DNA of 32,000 bases from Candidatus Thorarchaeota archaeon (lineage in GTDB: Archaea; Asgardarchaeota; Heimdallarchaeia; Hodarchaeales; Hodarchaeaceae), in assembly GCA_048882505.1 (NCBI GenBank), contig JBHLRO010000007.1:1-32000 (forward strand), written 5' to 3'. The notes under the pieces were generated by a model. That model was not told the DNA's origin. It saw only the letters and a list, made by a program, of their open reading frames with translations, and made no database searches. The position numbers were made by a program, and so were the translations under genes. This document shows, one piece after another, positions 1 to 9,568 of this stretch (positions within the stretch are counted from its first letter, which is position 1; the number at the start of each line of letters is the position of its first letter).

Positions 1-2
1 AA

Positions 3-248
3 TATGGTTTCCGCTAGTTCCGGAGAAAGGCCCAACCCAAAGCCAGATGTCCCTTGTAAATAGGCGACATTGAAGTACGCGATTATGAAGGCCAATATAA
101 CGGCATTAGCGGTCGAAAAAATACCAAGAGCGCAAACGTTTCGTATTTTTTGTCTGGTATTCCGTTTTTCTCGAAGTTCTTCGGTGGTTAAGAAATCGAA
201 CTGATCTTTCGTTGGAATTTCATGAGCAATTGTTTCTCTCGTTACCAA
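3..248 (-). CDS. 5' part of a membrane protein running off the left edge (TTG start; LVTRETIAHEIPTKDQFDFLTTEELREKRNTRQKIRNVCALGIFSTANAVILAFIIAYFNVAYL...)
   Basis: Manual translation of the minus strand: open frame from TTG at 248 to the window edge, with an in-frame TGA upstream and a hydrophobic TM-like stretch; divergent from smc. Not in the ORF track because it is truncated. Confidence 0.6.
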   Translation of the reverse strand, partial: MVTRETIAHEIPTKDQFDFLTTEELREKRNTRQKIRNVCALGIFSTANAVILAFIIAYFNVAYLQGTSGFGLGLSPELAETI

Positions 249-714
249 TCTCTTGGTTCACCCAATATTATCCACGACTGGGCTCTTTCGCTTATTACAT
301 TATCAACATATGGATTTCGTTGGTGACGCCTCCGACGATTAATATAGATTTCCAGTTCTGATTCATCCGATAGAGGACTTTTGCAACATAAAATCAGCTA
401 TAAAATCCATAGAATAAACTTGAACGTGCTATGGACTATAACACCTCTTGAATCGACCTTTTTTTAAGGGCTACTTCTTTATTTTTTTAATATATTCCCT
501 CTCCGACGGCTTCAACAGAAATTTTCCACCAAGCCTTCGTAGAATTGTGGAATGAACCTAAAAAGCAATCATTTCCTCCGGTGATCGGCGAAGAAAACTT
601 CAAAAGGGCCGAGTTAATATAGACATAATTAAAAACATGCGAACGATTGTGTTCGTAGATCCCTAAAGCAATATTCTTCCTCTAATCTTAGAATAATGCA
701 ATTTGCAAAGACCC

Positions 715-724
715 ATATATAAAA
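715..724 (+). promoter_or_regulatory. Possible archaeal TATA box for smc (ATATATAAAA)
   Basis: AT-rich TATA-like decamer ending about 46 bp upstream of the smc ATG; motif and position only. Confidence 0.3.
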
Positions 725-770
725 TACCTCATCAGACACAGGATACGCAGGAACACGAGGATTCAACACC

Positions 771-3700
771 ATGGTGCATATCAAAGAAATTAAGATGACG
801 GGTTGGAAATCCTATGGCCCTAGTACCGTGCGTATGCCCTTGGCTAAAGGCTTTACATGTATCGTGGGTCCCAACGGGAGTGGGAAATCCAATAGCATAG
901 ATGCTGTAAACTTTTGTCTGGGATTGTTATCCAAGAAAGCCATGCGAGCCGATTCTATGGTAAATCTTCTTTATAATGGAATTGGCGGAAAAAAGCCTAG
1001 TGAAAAAGCAATCGTAGATATTGTATTTGATAATAGTGATTATGCCATTCCCGTTCGGGAACCTGAGATCATAGTCACGCGGGAATTGAAACGTAATGGA
1101 ACTGGAACTTACCGTTTGAATGGGAAGAGAACAACACGTACAGATATCCTTGATAAACTCCGAATCGCGGGAATCGACGTTATTAACAGCTACAACATCA
1201 TAGCGCAGGGGCAGGTTGGGGAAATAGTAGGTATGTCTCCTAATCAGAGAAGGGAACTCATGGAGAATCTTGCAGGCGTAGGACAATTTGATGAGAAAAA
1301 GCAAGCATCTCTGAAAGAGCTGGATGAAGCCAATCGTAGAATGGATGAATTACAACTTCTTGTTAATGAAGTGGGCCGACGAGTTGAGTCTCTTCGGAAG
1401 GAAAAGGAGGATGCAGAACGTTGGCAAACACTGGATACCGAAATACGAGACCACCGATCGCTTTTAATCTCTTACGGATACCATAGGAGTAATCAACAAA
1501 TTTTGGCTCTTGATGAAGAGATCGGGGGTTTTCGGAACCGACAAGAGGAGTTGATGAACGAGCGAACCAATATCGAAACCAAAATCGAGGAGGCCAATGA
1601 GAAAATTCGATCATTAGAAGACCAATTGATCCGTTTAGAAACATCGGTTACGGAGATACGAACTACAGCTGAAGAGAAAAACATCGAAAAAACCAAAATC
1701 GGGGAAAAAGTCGAGTATAATAAGAAAACCATTAATACAAACGAAAAACGTGTCACTAAACTTCAATCCCGTCTTGAACAGATAAATAAACAGATCGAAG
1801 AAGACAAAACACGAAAAGAAGAGCTGGAAGAAGAAAAGAAAAACCTCGTGAAGGAAATTGAAGAAACTCAAGCTTCGCGCGCTCAGCTTGATCTGGAACA
1901 CGAAAAAAAGAGTCAGGAGTATGAAGAAATCAAGAATGAACATGAAGATTGTGAGCGAAGACACCGCGTGGAAAATGATCGTCTAACCAAGACCCAGGTC
2001 TCTTTTGAAGTTGCTCAAAGCATGGTTGATGCATTTCAGAACAATGTGAACGAATTCGAACGCCGTCAAGGCCAGCTCGAAGAACAGATCAAAACAGCTC
2101 AAGAAAAAACTCAGGAATTGAAATCCATTATAGCAGATGACACGACTCGGTTGGAAGAAGCTAGATCCAGGATTGGGGATATAGAAGAAAAAAAGGTAAG
2201 CTTAGACGCGTTGATTGAATCCCTAGATACCCAAATCCGTGAGACAAATGATAGTTATTTGGTTCAGAAAGCTCAGATAGATACAATTTCATCTTTTCTT
2301 AAGACTGAAGCGGGAAAAGAGAATCCCGCGGTGAGCTTTATCAGTGACCGCAAAAATAACGGGGATATGCCAGGTGTTTTAGGAGAATTCCAAAACATCT
2401 CGGGAGGCGATGGTGCAGCTCTCCCGTCAGAAGTCGGCCATCTCTCTGATGCGATCATAACTGATACCGTAGATCATGCTTTAAACTGTATCCAGCTCTT
2501 AAAGGATAACGCCGTTGGCGCTGCCAACTTTATTCCATTGGAACGCTTTAAGCTCTCTCCTACAGATAAGTTCTCGAATATAATTAAGAAAGTACGCGAA
2601 CAGAATGAAATCGTTCCTGATCTGCAAGCCGCCGCCAGAGCGTGGAAAAAGTCCGGATCGACGGTGACAACTGTAGATGGCGACGTTTTTTATTCTAATG
2701 GAATCATTAACGGAGGTTTTCATCTCGCATCCGCGCAGGAGACGGTGGAAACCCTTCGTGCGGAAATGCAGACATCTCAAGACCAGCTTCAAGGCTTGAG
2801 AACACAACTGAAAGAGGAAAAAGAAAACCAAAAGAAACTTCTCCAGCTAGAAAAGACAATTAGCGAATCGATCAAGAAACTGGAAGAAAATATCCAGAAT
2901 GCTGAAATTCAGATCACTCAGCAAGAAAATCAGGTTAATTTATTACGTGAGAATCAGGAGCAAAATCAAACGGAGATTGCTCCTCTCCAGAAGCAGCTCA
3001 CAGAGAAGTCTATAGAGAGAGATGAACAAAAACAACAGATGACGTTTTTCGAGGAGAACATCGTAAAGATCTCGGAAGAACTTCAAGAGATCCAAGCCCG
3101 TCTTGAGGCCGCCGACACCAGGCCCATCTTGGAGAAAATTAATCAGGTGGAACAACAACTCGGAAAACTCCAGGGAAAGCTGGGTGGGGTCGAATCGCGG
3201 ATTGAGGGCATTGAAAATCAAAAAGAAGAACGCGATGCCCGAATTACTGAGACGAATAACGAAATCAATACTGTTCAGATGGAAACTGCCAATTTAGAAG
3301 GCGAAATCCAGGTTCTTGAGGAACAGCTAGCCCAAATTGATTCCCAACTTGAAACCATTCTCGAAAACGAGAAGCAAGTCAATGAGGAGTTCAAAGAAGT
3401 TCGCTCCGAATTAAATTCCCAGAAAAAATACCACTCCACATTGATAAAAGACAAAGAAGGTGTCAATGAAAAGTTCACTAAAGAAGAAGAAAAGGTTACT
3501 GACCTCAAACTTCAGCGTGAACGCCTAGCGGTCGAAGTCGAAAAATTGCAGGAGGAGGCACGGGACAATGACATTTCTTTTCTTCCAGCCGAGGCAGAAG
3601 AACTCAGGGATGTCGATGATAATAAGATCGGCCGGGAGATTTCTCGCAAAACGGAAGAAAAAACCCGTCTTGAACCTGTTAATATGAAGGCACTGAAGGA

Positions 3701-4376
3701 ATTTGAGGAGGAAAACACCCGCTTCATTGAACTTCTTGATCGGCGCGATATTCTGATCGAAGAACGTCAAGTCATTCTCGATTTTATTGAGGAGATCGAA
3801 ACAGAGAAATATTCCGTCTTCATGAAGGTCTTCCGATCAGTAAACAGGCACTTCGGACGGATTTTTAATGAACTTAGTGCCGGCGATGCCCGTCTTATAC
3901 TCGAAAAGGATCCCAAGAAGGGAGAGGACATCTTTGAAGGGGGTATTCTTATTGAAGCGCATCCCGCGGGTAAGAAGGTCGCCTCCCTCGAATCTATGTC
4001 CGGCGGTGAAAAGGCCTTGACTGCTCTCGCCTTTATTTTTGCGGTTCAAACCGTAGATGCGCAGCCCTTCTATATCCTGGACGAAATCGATGCCGCCCTC
4101 GACCCCATGAATGTCCGTCGCGTGGCCAAACTCCTCCATCGCATGTCCCGCCGCGTCGGCGGCACTGATGACGATGATGACGGGACAGCCGCCGCCTCTC
4201 ACCGCTCCCGCACCTCTAATGGCGCCTCTGCCCAATTCCTTGTCATCTCGCACCGGGACATCCTCATGGCGTGGGCTGATCGCTTGTATGGTTGTACAAA
4301 CGTCAAGGGTCTGTCCTCAGTGTTTTCGATCCAGATGTCGGAGGATAAACGGTTAGAACGGGATGCTGCGTTCTGA
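771..4376 (+). CDS. smc: Chromosome segregation protein SMC
   Basis: N-terminal Walker A (GPNGSGKSN), Q-loop (IIAQGQV), long coiled coils, hinge with G-x6-G-x3-GG (GDVFYSNGIINGG), PVNMKAL motif, signature (MSGGEK), Walker B/D-loop (YILDEIDAALD), H-loop (ISHR); 1201 aa. Confidence 0.97.
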   Translation: MVHIKEIKMTGWKSYGPSTVRMPLAKGFTCIVGPNGSGKSNSIDAVNFCLGLLSKKAMRADSMVNLLYNGIGGKKPSEKAIVDIVFDNSDYAIPVREPEIIVTRELKRNGTGTYRLNGKRTTRTDILDKLRIAGIDVINSYNIIAQGQVGEIVGMSPNQRRELMENLAGVGQFDEKKQASLKELDEANRRMDELQLLVNEVGRRVESLRKEKEDAERWQTLDTEIRDHRSLLISYGYHRSNQQILALDEEIGGFRNRQEELMNERTNIETKIEEANEKIRSLEDQLIRLETSVTEIRTTAEEKNIEKTKIGEKVEYNKKTINTNEKRVTKLQSRLEQINKQIEEDKTRKEELEEEKKNLVKEIEETQASRAQLDLEHEKKSQEYEEIKNEHEDCERRHRVENDRLTKTQVSFEVAQSMVDAFQNNVNEFERRQGQLEEQIKTAQEKTQELKSIIADDTTRLEEARSRIGDIEEKKVSLDALIESLDTQIRETNDSYLVQKAQIDTISSFLKTEAGKENPAVSFISDRKNNGDMPGVLGEFQNISGGDGAALPSEVGHLSDAIITDTVDHALNCIQLLKDNAVGAANFIPLERFKLSPTDKFSNIIKKVREQNEIVPDLQAAARAWKKSGSTVTTVDGDVFYSNGIINGGFHLASAQETVETLRAEMQTSQDQLQGLRTQLKEEKENQKKLLQLEKTISESIKKLEENIQNAEIQITQQENQVNLLRENQEQNQTEIAPLQKQLTEKSIERDEQKQQMTFFEENIVKISEELQEIQARLEAADTRPILEKINQVEQQLGKLQGKLGGVESRIEGIENQKEERDARITETNNEINTVQMETANLEGEIQVLEEQLAQIDSQLETILENEKQVNEEFKEVRSELNSQKKYHSTLIKDKEGVNEKFTKEEEKVTDLKLQRERLAVEVEKLQEEARDNDISFLPAEAEELRDVDDNKIGREISRKTEEKTRLEPVNMKALKEFEEENTRFIELLDRRDILIEERQVILDFIEEIETEKYSVFMKVFRSVNRHFGRIFNELSAGDARLILEKDPKKGEDIFEGGILIEAHPAGKKVASLESMSGGEKALTALAFIFAVQTVDAQPFYILDEIDAALDPMNVRRVAKLLHRMSRRVGGTDDDDDGTAAASHRSRTSNGASAQFLVISHRDILMAWADRLYGCTNVKGLSSVFSIQMSEDKRLERDAAF
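4293..4376 (+). repeat. smc 3'-end repeat, copy 0 (the functional gene end; putative attachment site)
   Basis: 84 bp TGTACAAACGTCAAG...GCTGCGTTCTGA, the last 28 codons of smc, reiterated downstream. Confidence 0.95.
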
Positions 4377-4654
4377 AATGGTAAAACGGGCTGGTTTTAT
4401 CAGATTTCAAAAGCCATTATTGCATTTGGTAAAGCAGCCATCCACCCGATGGGGAAAAATCTCCATGGAACGCAGGGGCGAGTGTTTGAGGTTGGGAAAT
4501 GCGAATCGACCAACTGAGAAGGAATTGATCAGAGATTTACGTTTGATGGCACCGATAGTCGAACCTGGTCTTGGTGGAGCTTATTAGTTTTGGAGTGAAG
4601 AAATCAGACTGACTGACCGAAATTATTTGAGAACTAGATAATTCTGTAATCCCT

Positions 4655-5317
4655 ATGGGAAAATCACCCAATTCACCGTCCACGAAAGTAGAAAAGGCAC
4701 TTTATTTAGCCAGCAGTTATACAGGTGAGGTCAAACCAGTCAATCTGGATAAAATGGATAAATCAGCGAAGTTGCATATTGAAAAGATCAAAGAATCTCA
4801 TGCTGAATCGGTCTTAGACTTCGGGTGCGGAGCTGGGGGGATCTTGTTAGCATTACAACAGGCAGGAATAAAGGAAATTCATGGTATTGATGCTTCTCCC
4901 GAAGCCATAGAGATGGTAAAAAAACGATTTGAGAAATTTGGGACTCTCGAAAATACATCATTTACTGCTGGTAACATAATCCAATTTGATCCCCCTATTG
5001 TCGAAGCGGTTTCCTCTCACTTTGTGCTTTGCTGTCATCCCGATGCAATGGGGATGGTCAATAAGGCAACAGAGAAACATCCAGAGATAGTCGTAATCAG
5101 TTTTCCGAAGGATAATTTACTCACTAAATCCGCTGCTACTTTTATAAATACCATGGTGTGGATCGTTAGCCGATTTATATCATCTCTTAGGGGGCTAGGA
5201 TGGTATGCCCATTCTACTACACTGATAAAGGCCAAATTTGAAGAAAATGGGTACCATCTGGTTTTTGCCAAAGAAAGCTTTATTTCGCAAACCCTGGTCT
5301 ATGAAAAAACGAAATGA
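4655..5317 (+). CDS. Class I SAM-dependent methyltransferase (BchM-like family)
   Basis: Motif I VLDFGCGAGG, acidic motif GIDAS, VLCCHPD resembling the BchM-like subfamily; sole gene of segment A. Confidence 0.85.
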   Translation: MGKSPNSPSTKVEKALYLASSYTGEVKPVNLDKMDKSAKLHIEKIKESHAESVLDFGCGAGGILLALQQAGIKEIHGIDASPEAIEMVKKRFEKFGTLENTSFTAGNIIQFDPPIVEAVSSHFVLCCHPDAMGMVNKATEKHPEIVVISFPKDNLLTKSAATFINTMVWIVSRFISSLRGLGWYAHSTTLIKAKFEENGYHLVFAKESFISQTLVYEKTK

Positions 5318-5660
5318 CGGAGTATAAGACGGCAATCCATCACCGAGAATATTCCTAAAAGGTATGATTTTCTCTTTTCTACTATCCTTTCTTAATACCC
5401 TCAAGCAGAATGTCAATTAAGAGTGATTCCTAAACATATAGAATACTCATCGAAAGATAGTGTAGAAGATTCTTGGATTTTTTCTTTTGGTGAACCGAAT
5501 TTTTGACTGATCAACCGGAACCCATCATTACGAGACTAATCCATTCCACCGTAATTGGGATTTTTGCGTTATCGGAAGAAATGGGAGTGAGAACGATCAG
5601 AAGTAATCTCTGAGGGATTATTTTATGAATGCTCTAGGAAATTATATGATACTTTTAGTG

Positions 5661-5744
5661 TGTACAAACGTCAAAGGACTGTCCTCAGTGTTTTCGATCC
5701 AGATGTCGGGAGACAAAAGGCTGGAACGAGAGGCTGCATTCTGA
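5661..5744 (+). repeat. smc 3'-end repeat, copy 1
   Basis: 73/84 identical to 4293-4376; translates CTNVKGLSSVFSIQMSGDKRLEREAAF*. Confidence 0.95.
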
Positions 5745-6151
5745 GGAAAGCCAAAGGACCAAGGCTAACGGTTTATTTTGATTATCTGTAACTAATTATT
5801 CTGACGCCGTAGGCGTTCAGGAAATTTCATCCTGACCGCGTGCTTTTATTACTGTATTAAACCCGTTTTGTTGTTCTTTGGCCAAGTTAATGAAGCTGGA
5901 TTTAGTCTTATTATGAACCAATGAAGGATCTTTTATATTTCGATAAGCAAGAAAACGATGAGTTCTCTCAGAACTAACACCTGTAATAACTAGCCCGCGT
6001 CTCCTGAACCCATACCTACCTCGTCTTCCTCTCTTGTTCTCCATTAGAGGGGAGTAACATTTATGGAGTCGATTGGATGCGAAATTAGGATTTGACGATG
6101 AGTAGTGACATCAACTAATCTTTCAAAGCTCATAGATGGGGAGGGACGTAA

Positions 6152-6859
6152 CTACTGCAATGAAAGGAACAGGATTATGAGGGCACCTACGCCCAGGGTT
6201 ATCAGGGCTAAAATCACTGTGATTTTATGTTCTACTAACAATGTTTTCAGCAGCTCTCGAGACATGGGCTCCATCCCTGCGGTTTTCATCACATTTTCAA
6301 GCTCGCTCTTCTCCTCGATCCTAGTGGGCTCTCTTCTACCTTTCGAGGGATCTATCAAGATAAGGGGATTATAATGAGTCCAGAGCATCCATCCGAACAG
6401 GATCGAGATTACAAAGGCCGAAATTTGGTCAAGAGAATAGATTGCTAAATCAGACAGCGGATAAATCCAGACTGGGGAGGTACGGGTCGGAAAGGGCGTG
6501 AAACTGAAGTCAACCACATCGTGAGACAGCCAGGCGAGGCTCACGGCGGCCAGCGTCCACGAAAGATCTTTGGCCCTATCGGGAAACCATTGAAAAATCA
6601 ACAGGAGGAAAATCACCGCTAAGACTGCGAAGAGAATAGGGAGGAGCAGGGAATGCCAAAACCCTCGGTGAGAGAAGAAGAATTGGAGCGTAGGACTCTC
6701 AGGAACCTGTACAAATTTAAGAATCCCATCAACATCAGGGAAGATGCCCGCAAATGCCCCGAGAACCAAAGTTTTCAGTCGATCTTTCTTGTCCCATCGA
6801 TAGAACGGGTAAGCGATCAGAAATCCCGCAAGGAAGTGAGTGGTATACCCAGGACTCAT
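6152..6859 (-). CDS. Membrane-bound metal-dependent hydrolase (YdjM-like)
   Basis: N-terminal His (THFLAG), GIFPDVD, HRGFWHSLL and SHDVVD motifs with several TM helices. Confidence 0.85.
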   Translation of the reverse strand: MSPGYTTHFLAGFLIAYPFYRWDKKDRLKTLVLGAFAGIFPDVDGILKFVQVPESPTLQFFFSHRGFWHSLLLPILFAVLAVIFLLLIFQWFPDRAKDLSWTLAAVSLAWLSHDVVDFSFTPFPTRTSPVWIYPLSDLAIYSLDQISAFVISILFGWMLWTHYNPLILIDPSKGRREPTRIEEKSELENVMKTAGMEPMSRELLKTLLVEHKITVILALITLGVGALIILFLSLQ

Positions 6860-7003
6860 CAGATAAGACTCCTTGTCTCACATTTTAATAAAAACACGAG
6901 TCAATTTCTCGCCATCCATTTACGATCTTCTGGCCAAGCTGATGACAATTTTGCCATATCACTTTCCTTTAGACCTCGTCAGTAACCCTTAATTCCCCAG
7001 TCA

Positions 7004-7492
7004 TTATTTTGGCCACGGAATTGGTCTTGGAGGCCGAAGTCGTCCAAATATGTCCGCCAGTCGCTCCTTCATCTCCTCCAGTTCTTTCATAGTACACATT
7101 ACGGCTTCCGCACCAGCTCCCCATGCTTCAAAACATTCCTCCTCCGATCGAGGCGGATCTTCGGCTTCACACTTTGCGAGAGCTGCAACATAGGATATTG
7201 TCGCTTCAAGACAAGGATCCTTCGCAAGTGAAACCTTCCCAAGAGGCGGGCAAGTCTCATCAATCACCTCTTTGAAATCGGTTAGAATTTCCTGGCTTAG
7301 GTTGGCTGTAGGTCGTCCTGCTAAGAAAATAACTCGCATCGAGTAGCCGAGCGTGACTATAGCCGCGATTTGCGTCTCATTTAGCTCTTTCAAGGGTTCT
7401 AATAAACTTCTTGACGCCTTGACAAACTCATCGAGCTCATTTGCAAGCTTCTGTCTTGCTTGCTTAAGTTCTTGTCTGGTGGTTTTTTCCAT
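7004..7492 (-). CDS. Hypothetical helical, Cys-containing protein (likely start MEKTTRQ at 7492; ORF track extends to 7573)
   Basis: 162-aa ORF with protein-like composition; ATG lies 2 nt after the stop of the upstream small ORF. Confidence 0.7.
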   Translation of the reverse strand: MEKTTRQELKQARQKLANELDEFVKASRSLLEPLKELNETQIAAIVTLGYSMRVIFLAGRPTANLSQEILTDFKEVIDETCPPLGKVSLAKDPCLEATISYVAALAKCEAEDPPRSEEECFEAWGAGAEAVMCTMKELEEMKERLADIFGRLRPPRPIPWPK

Positions 7493-7494
7493 TA

Positions 7495-7701
7495 TTACAC
7501 ATCCCCATCCTTTTCCTGATTTATCAAATCCGATTTTCTTAATCTGTTGTAGAGGAGATCTTGGAAGTTCCAACGGTAACTAAATTCTCTTGGATAAGCA
7601 TAGAGATTTGAAGATGATATATAAAAGGGTAAGGGGCAGCTTTTCACCATATTTTCAAGAAACATGGTGAATTTGCTTCCAACCACCTCTAGATCTGTCA
7701 T
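7495..7701 (-). CDS. Small hypothetical protein
   Basis: 68-aa ORF whose stop sits 2 nt before the next ATG (operon-like spacing); no recognisable motif. Confidence 0.35.
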   Translation of the reverse strand: MTDLEVVGSKFTMFLENMVKSCPLPFYISSSNLYAYPREFSYRWNFQDLLYNRLRKSDLINQEKDGDV

Positions 7702-8104
7702 TGATTCACTCTATCAATCCCCCATTTTTTCATCTTTTCCCACCTGCATGTCGAGATTCTCTACTAAGATAAATTCTTTCCCCTTTTCGATAAATCAAAC
7801 ATTTGAATGTTGTGGTCGAGTGATTGATATGTTCTTCTCCTTCAGTTAATCCTTCTTCAATCGATGGGAAGGATTAAAGGATTACAGGCGCGCTAAGGCA
7901 GAGATAACCAAGATATGGAGACTCTTCCTTTTCTCGTCTGTTGCTCCAAATGGCGAAAGCAGGCCCGATCGAAAAGAAGGATCATTGACTTTACGGCTCC
8001 TTTGGGGAAAATAGGGGGGATTGCACATTGGTTGTGGTATCATATATTTCGGGGCCAGTTTTCATACCAATTCATTGAGTTAATGTATACTGAGGTATCT
8101 TCAA

Positions 8105-8188
8105 AGTACAAACGTCAAAGGGCTGTCCTCGGTCTTTTCGATCCAGATGTCGGAGGATAAACGGCTGAAGCGGGATGCTGCGTTCTGA
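8105..8188 (+). repeat. smc 3'-end repeat, copy 2
   Basis: 75/84 identical to copy 0; translates STNVKGLSSVFSIQMSEDKRLKRDAAF*. Confidence 0.95.
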
Positions 8189-8323
8189 GAAAAAAAAATA
8201 CGTCATTCTGGAGCGTTCTACAAAGCTAGTTATTCCAGAAGAATCCCTTTGCGATAGTAACCCCTTATAGCTTTTTAAACTGATATAACCCATTCTCAGG
8301 GGTGAATTCCTTAGGGTAGGAAC

Positions 8324-9541
8324 ATGAAACGCTGGCAATCCATTATTGTTCCGATCTTTTCAGTTTTGGTTTTGGCACATATTCTATGGGATGGACAACA
8401 TTTCCTTCTGCCCATTGAACAGGAAGTTTTGGTTAGAGCCAATTTCAAGAGTCCTCCTGCTCCTAATGTCCCTGATCACATCTATACTCAACATGACCCT
8501 ATCAATATCATCGGTGACAACGATCTGAAAAATTCGTTTCCAGGCGGGGGGACGTTGAGTGACCCTATTCGGATTGAAGGGTTCAACATCACTGCAGCGG
8601 CTGAGGATTTGATTTCCATTAGCGGAACTTCGTCCTATTTCCGTATCGCAAATAACCTACTTAACGGTTATAGTGGGTTGGGTAATGGGATTTCTCTTTA
8701 TAATGTGGCAAACGGAGAAATCTGTAGCAATGTTATCTTTGGTAATAACCAAAACGGAATCAAACTATACGTTTCAAACAACAACAGTGTTCATAACAAT
8801 TTTCTATATAAAAATGGTTTTGCTGAAATAAATTTAGCCCGTTCTAGCAACAATAAGATCTCGGAAAACACCGTTTCAAAAAATAAATTTGCAGCGGGAA
8901 TATATTTTGTCAAGGATAATTTTGACAACGTTATCTCGAATAACACATTATTTAATAACGGCATTGGAATCAGATTCGAGTCAGAAGCAAACAGAAACGT
9001 AGTAATACAGAATTACTTGTATGAGAATAGAGTAGGAGTCCATCTAGAGTTTGTTAGGGATATTTCAGTTAGACAGAACACCATTAGAGATAATCTGGCA
9101 GGAATAAAAGTTACCAGCGGGGATGGATTTAGTTTTTCACGAAATATAACCATATCTAGAAATCTTATTTTTCATAATCAAGGATATGGTATGATTTTGG
9201 AACAATTTTCCAAAGATATCCTGATTTTAGGTAACAATTTTATCAAGAATAACCAGAATAAGAACTCTCAAGCATTTGATGGCGGGGAGAATAATACATT
9301 TGCCTATAATTACTGGAATGAGTGGACGAAACCCGATTATAATCAGGATGGCTTTGTAGATCTTCCTTACAATATTGACGGATCAACAAATAATCAGGAT
9401 GGTTTCTCTTGGGCTTCCCCTCCATTTCATAATACTGAGATCCCCCTGGATCACACTATCGCCGCTTCTATTCTCTTAGTTTTGATTCTTGGTACGCTAG
9501 GATTCTCGATACTTCTACAGCAACGTCGGTCACATGGGTAG
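8324..9541 (+). CDS. Secreted/membrane-anchored right-handed beta-helix protein (NosD-like repeats)
   Basis: N-terminal signal-like helix, HDPINIIGD...GTLSDPIRIEG leader, many Asn-rich I-x-x-N-x-(I/L)-x-x-N...GI repeats, N-x-W-N closing motif, C-terminal TM followed by basic residues. Confidence 0.85.
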   Translation: MKRWQSIIVPIFSVLVLAHILWDGQHFLLPIEQEVLVRANFKSPPAPNVPDHIYTQHDPINIIGDNDLKNSFPGGGTLSDPIRIEGFNITAAAEDLISISGTSSYFRIANNLLNGYSGLGNGISLYNVANGEICSNVIFGNNQNGIKLYVSNNNSVHNNFLYKNGFAEINLARSSNNKISENTVSKNKFAAGIYFVKDNFDNVISNNTLFNNGIGIRFESEANRNVVIQNYLYENRVGVHLEFVRDISVRQNTIRDNLAGIKVTSGDGFSFSRNITISRNLIFHNQGYGMILEQFSKDILILGNNFIKNNQNKNSQAFDGGENNTFAYNYWNEWTKPDYNQDGFVDLPYNIDGSTNNQDGFSWASPPFHNTEIPLDHTIAASILLVLILGTLGFSILLQQRRSHG

Positions 9542-9568
9542 AACCGAGTAATAATGAAAGATCTTTAA

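Noticed and set aside
640-655. CGAAC-N6-GTTCG inverted repeat upstream of smc
   Set aside because: Could be a regulator site, but 5-bp arms arise easily by chance and the spacing does not match the Firmicute LexA box (N4).
927-4356. Many short ORFs antisense or out of frame within smc, and similar ones within other long genes
   Set aside because: Shadow ORFs of well-supported genes; hydrophobic F/S/L bias typical of antisense to Lys/Glu-rich coding.
5801-5820. Small hairpin CTGACGCC-GTA-GGCGTTCAG with a bulged T
   Set aside because: Single occurrence; not found at equivalent positions in other segments, so no support as a cassette signal.
5817-6044. 75-aa minus-strand ORF (MENKRGRRGRYGF...)
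   Set aside because: No recognisable motif or supporting context; may be a remnant but cannot be supported.
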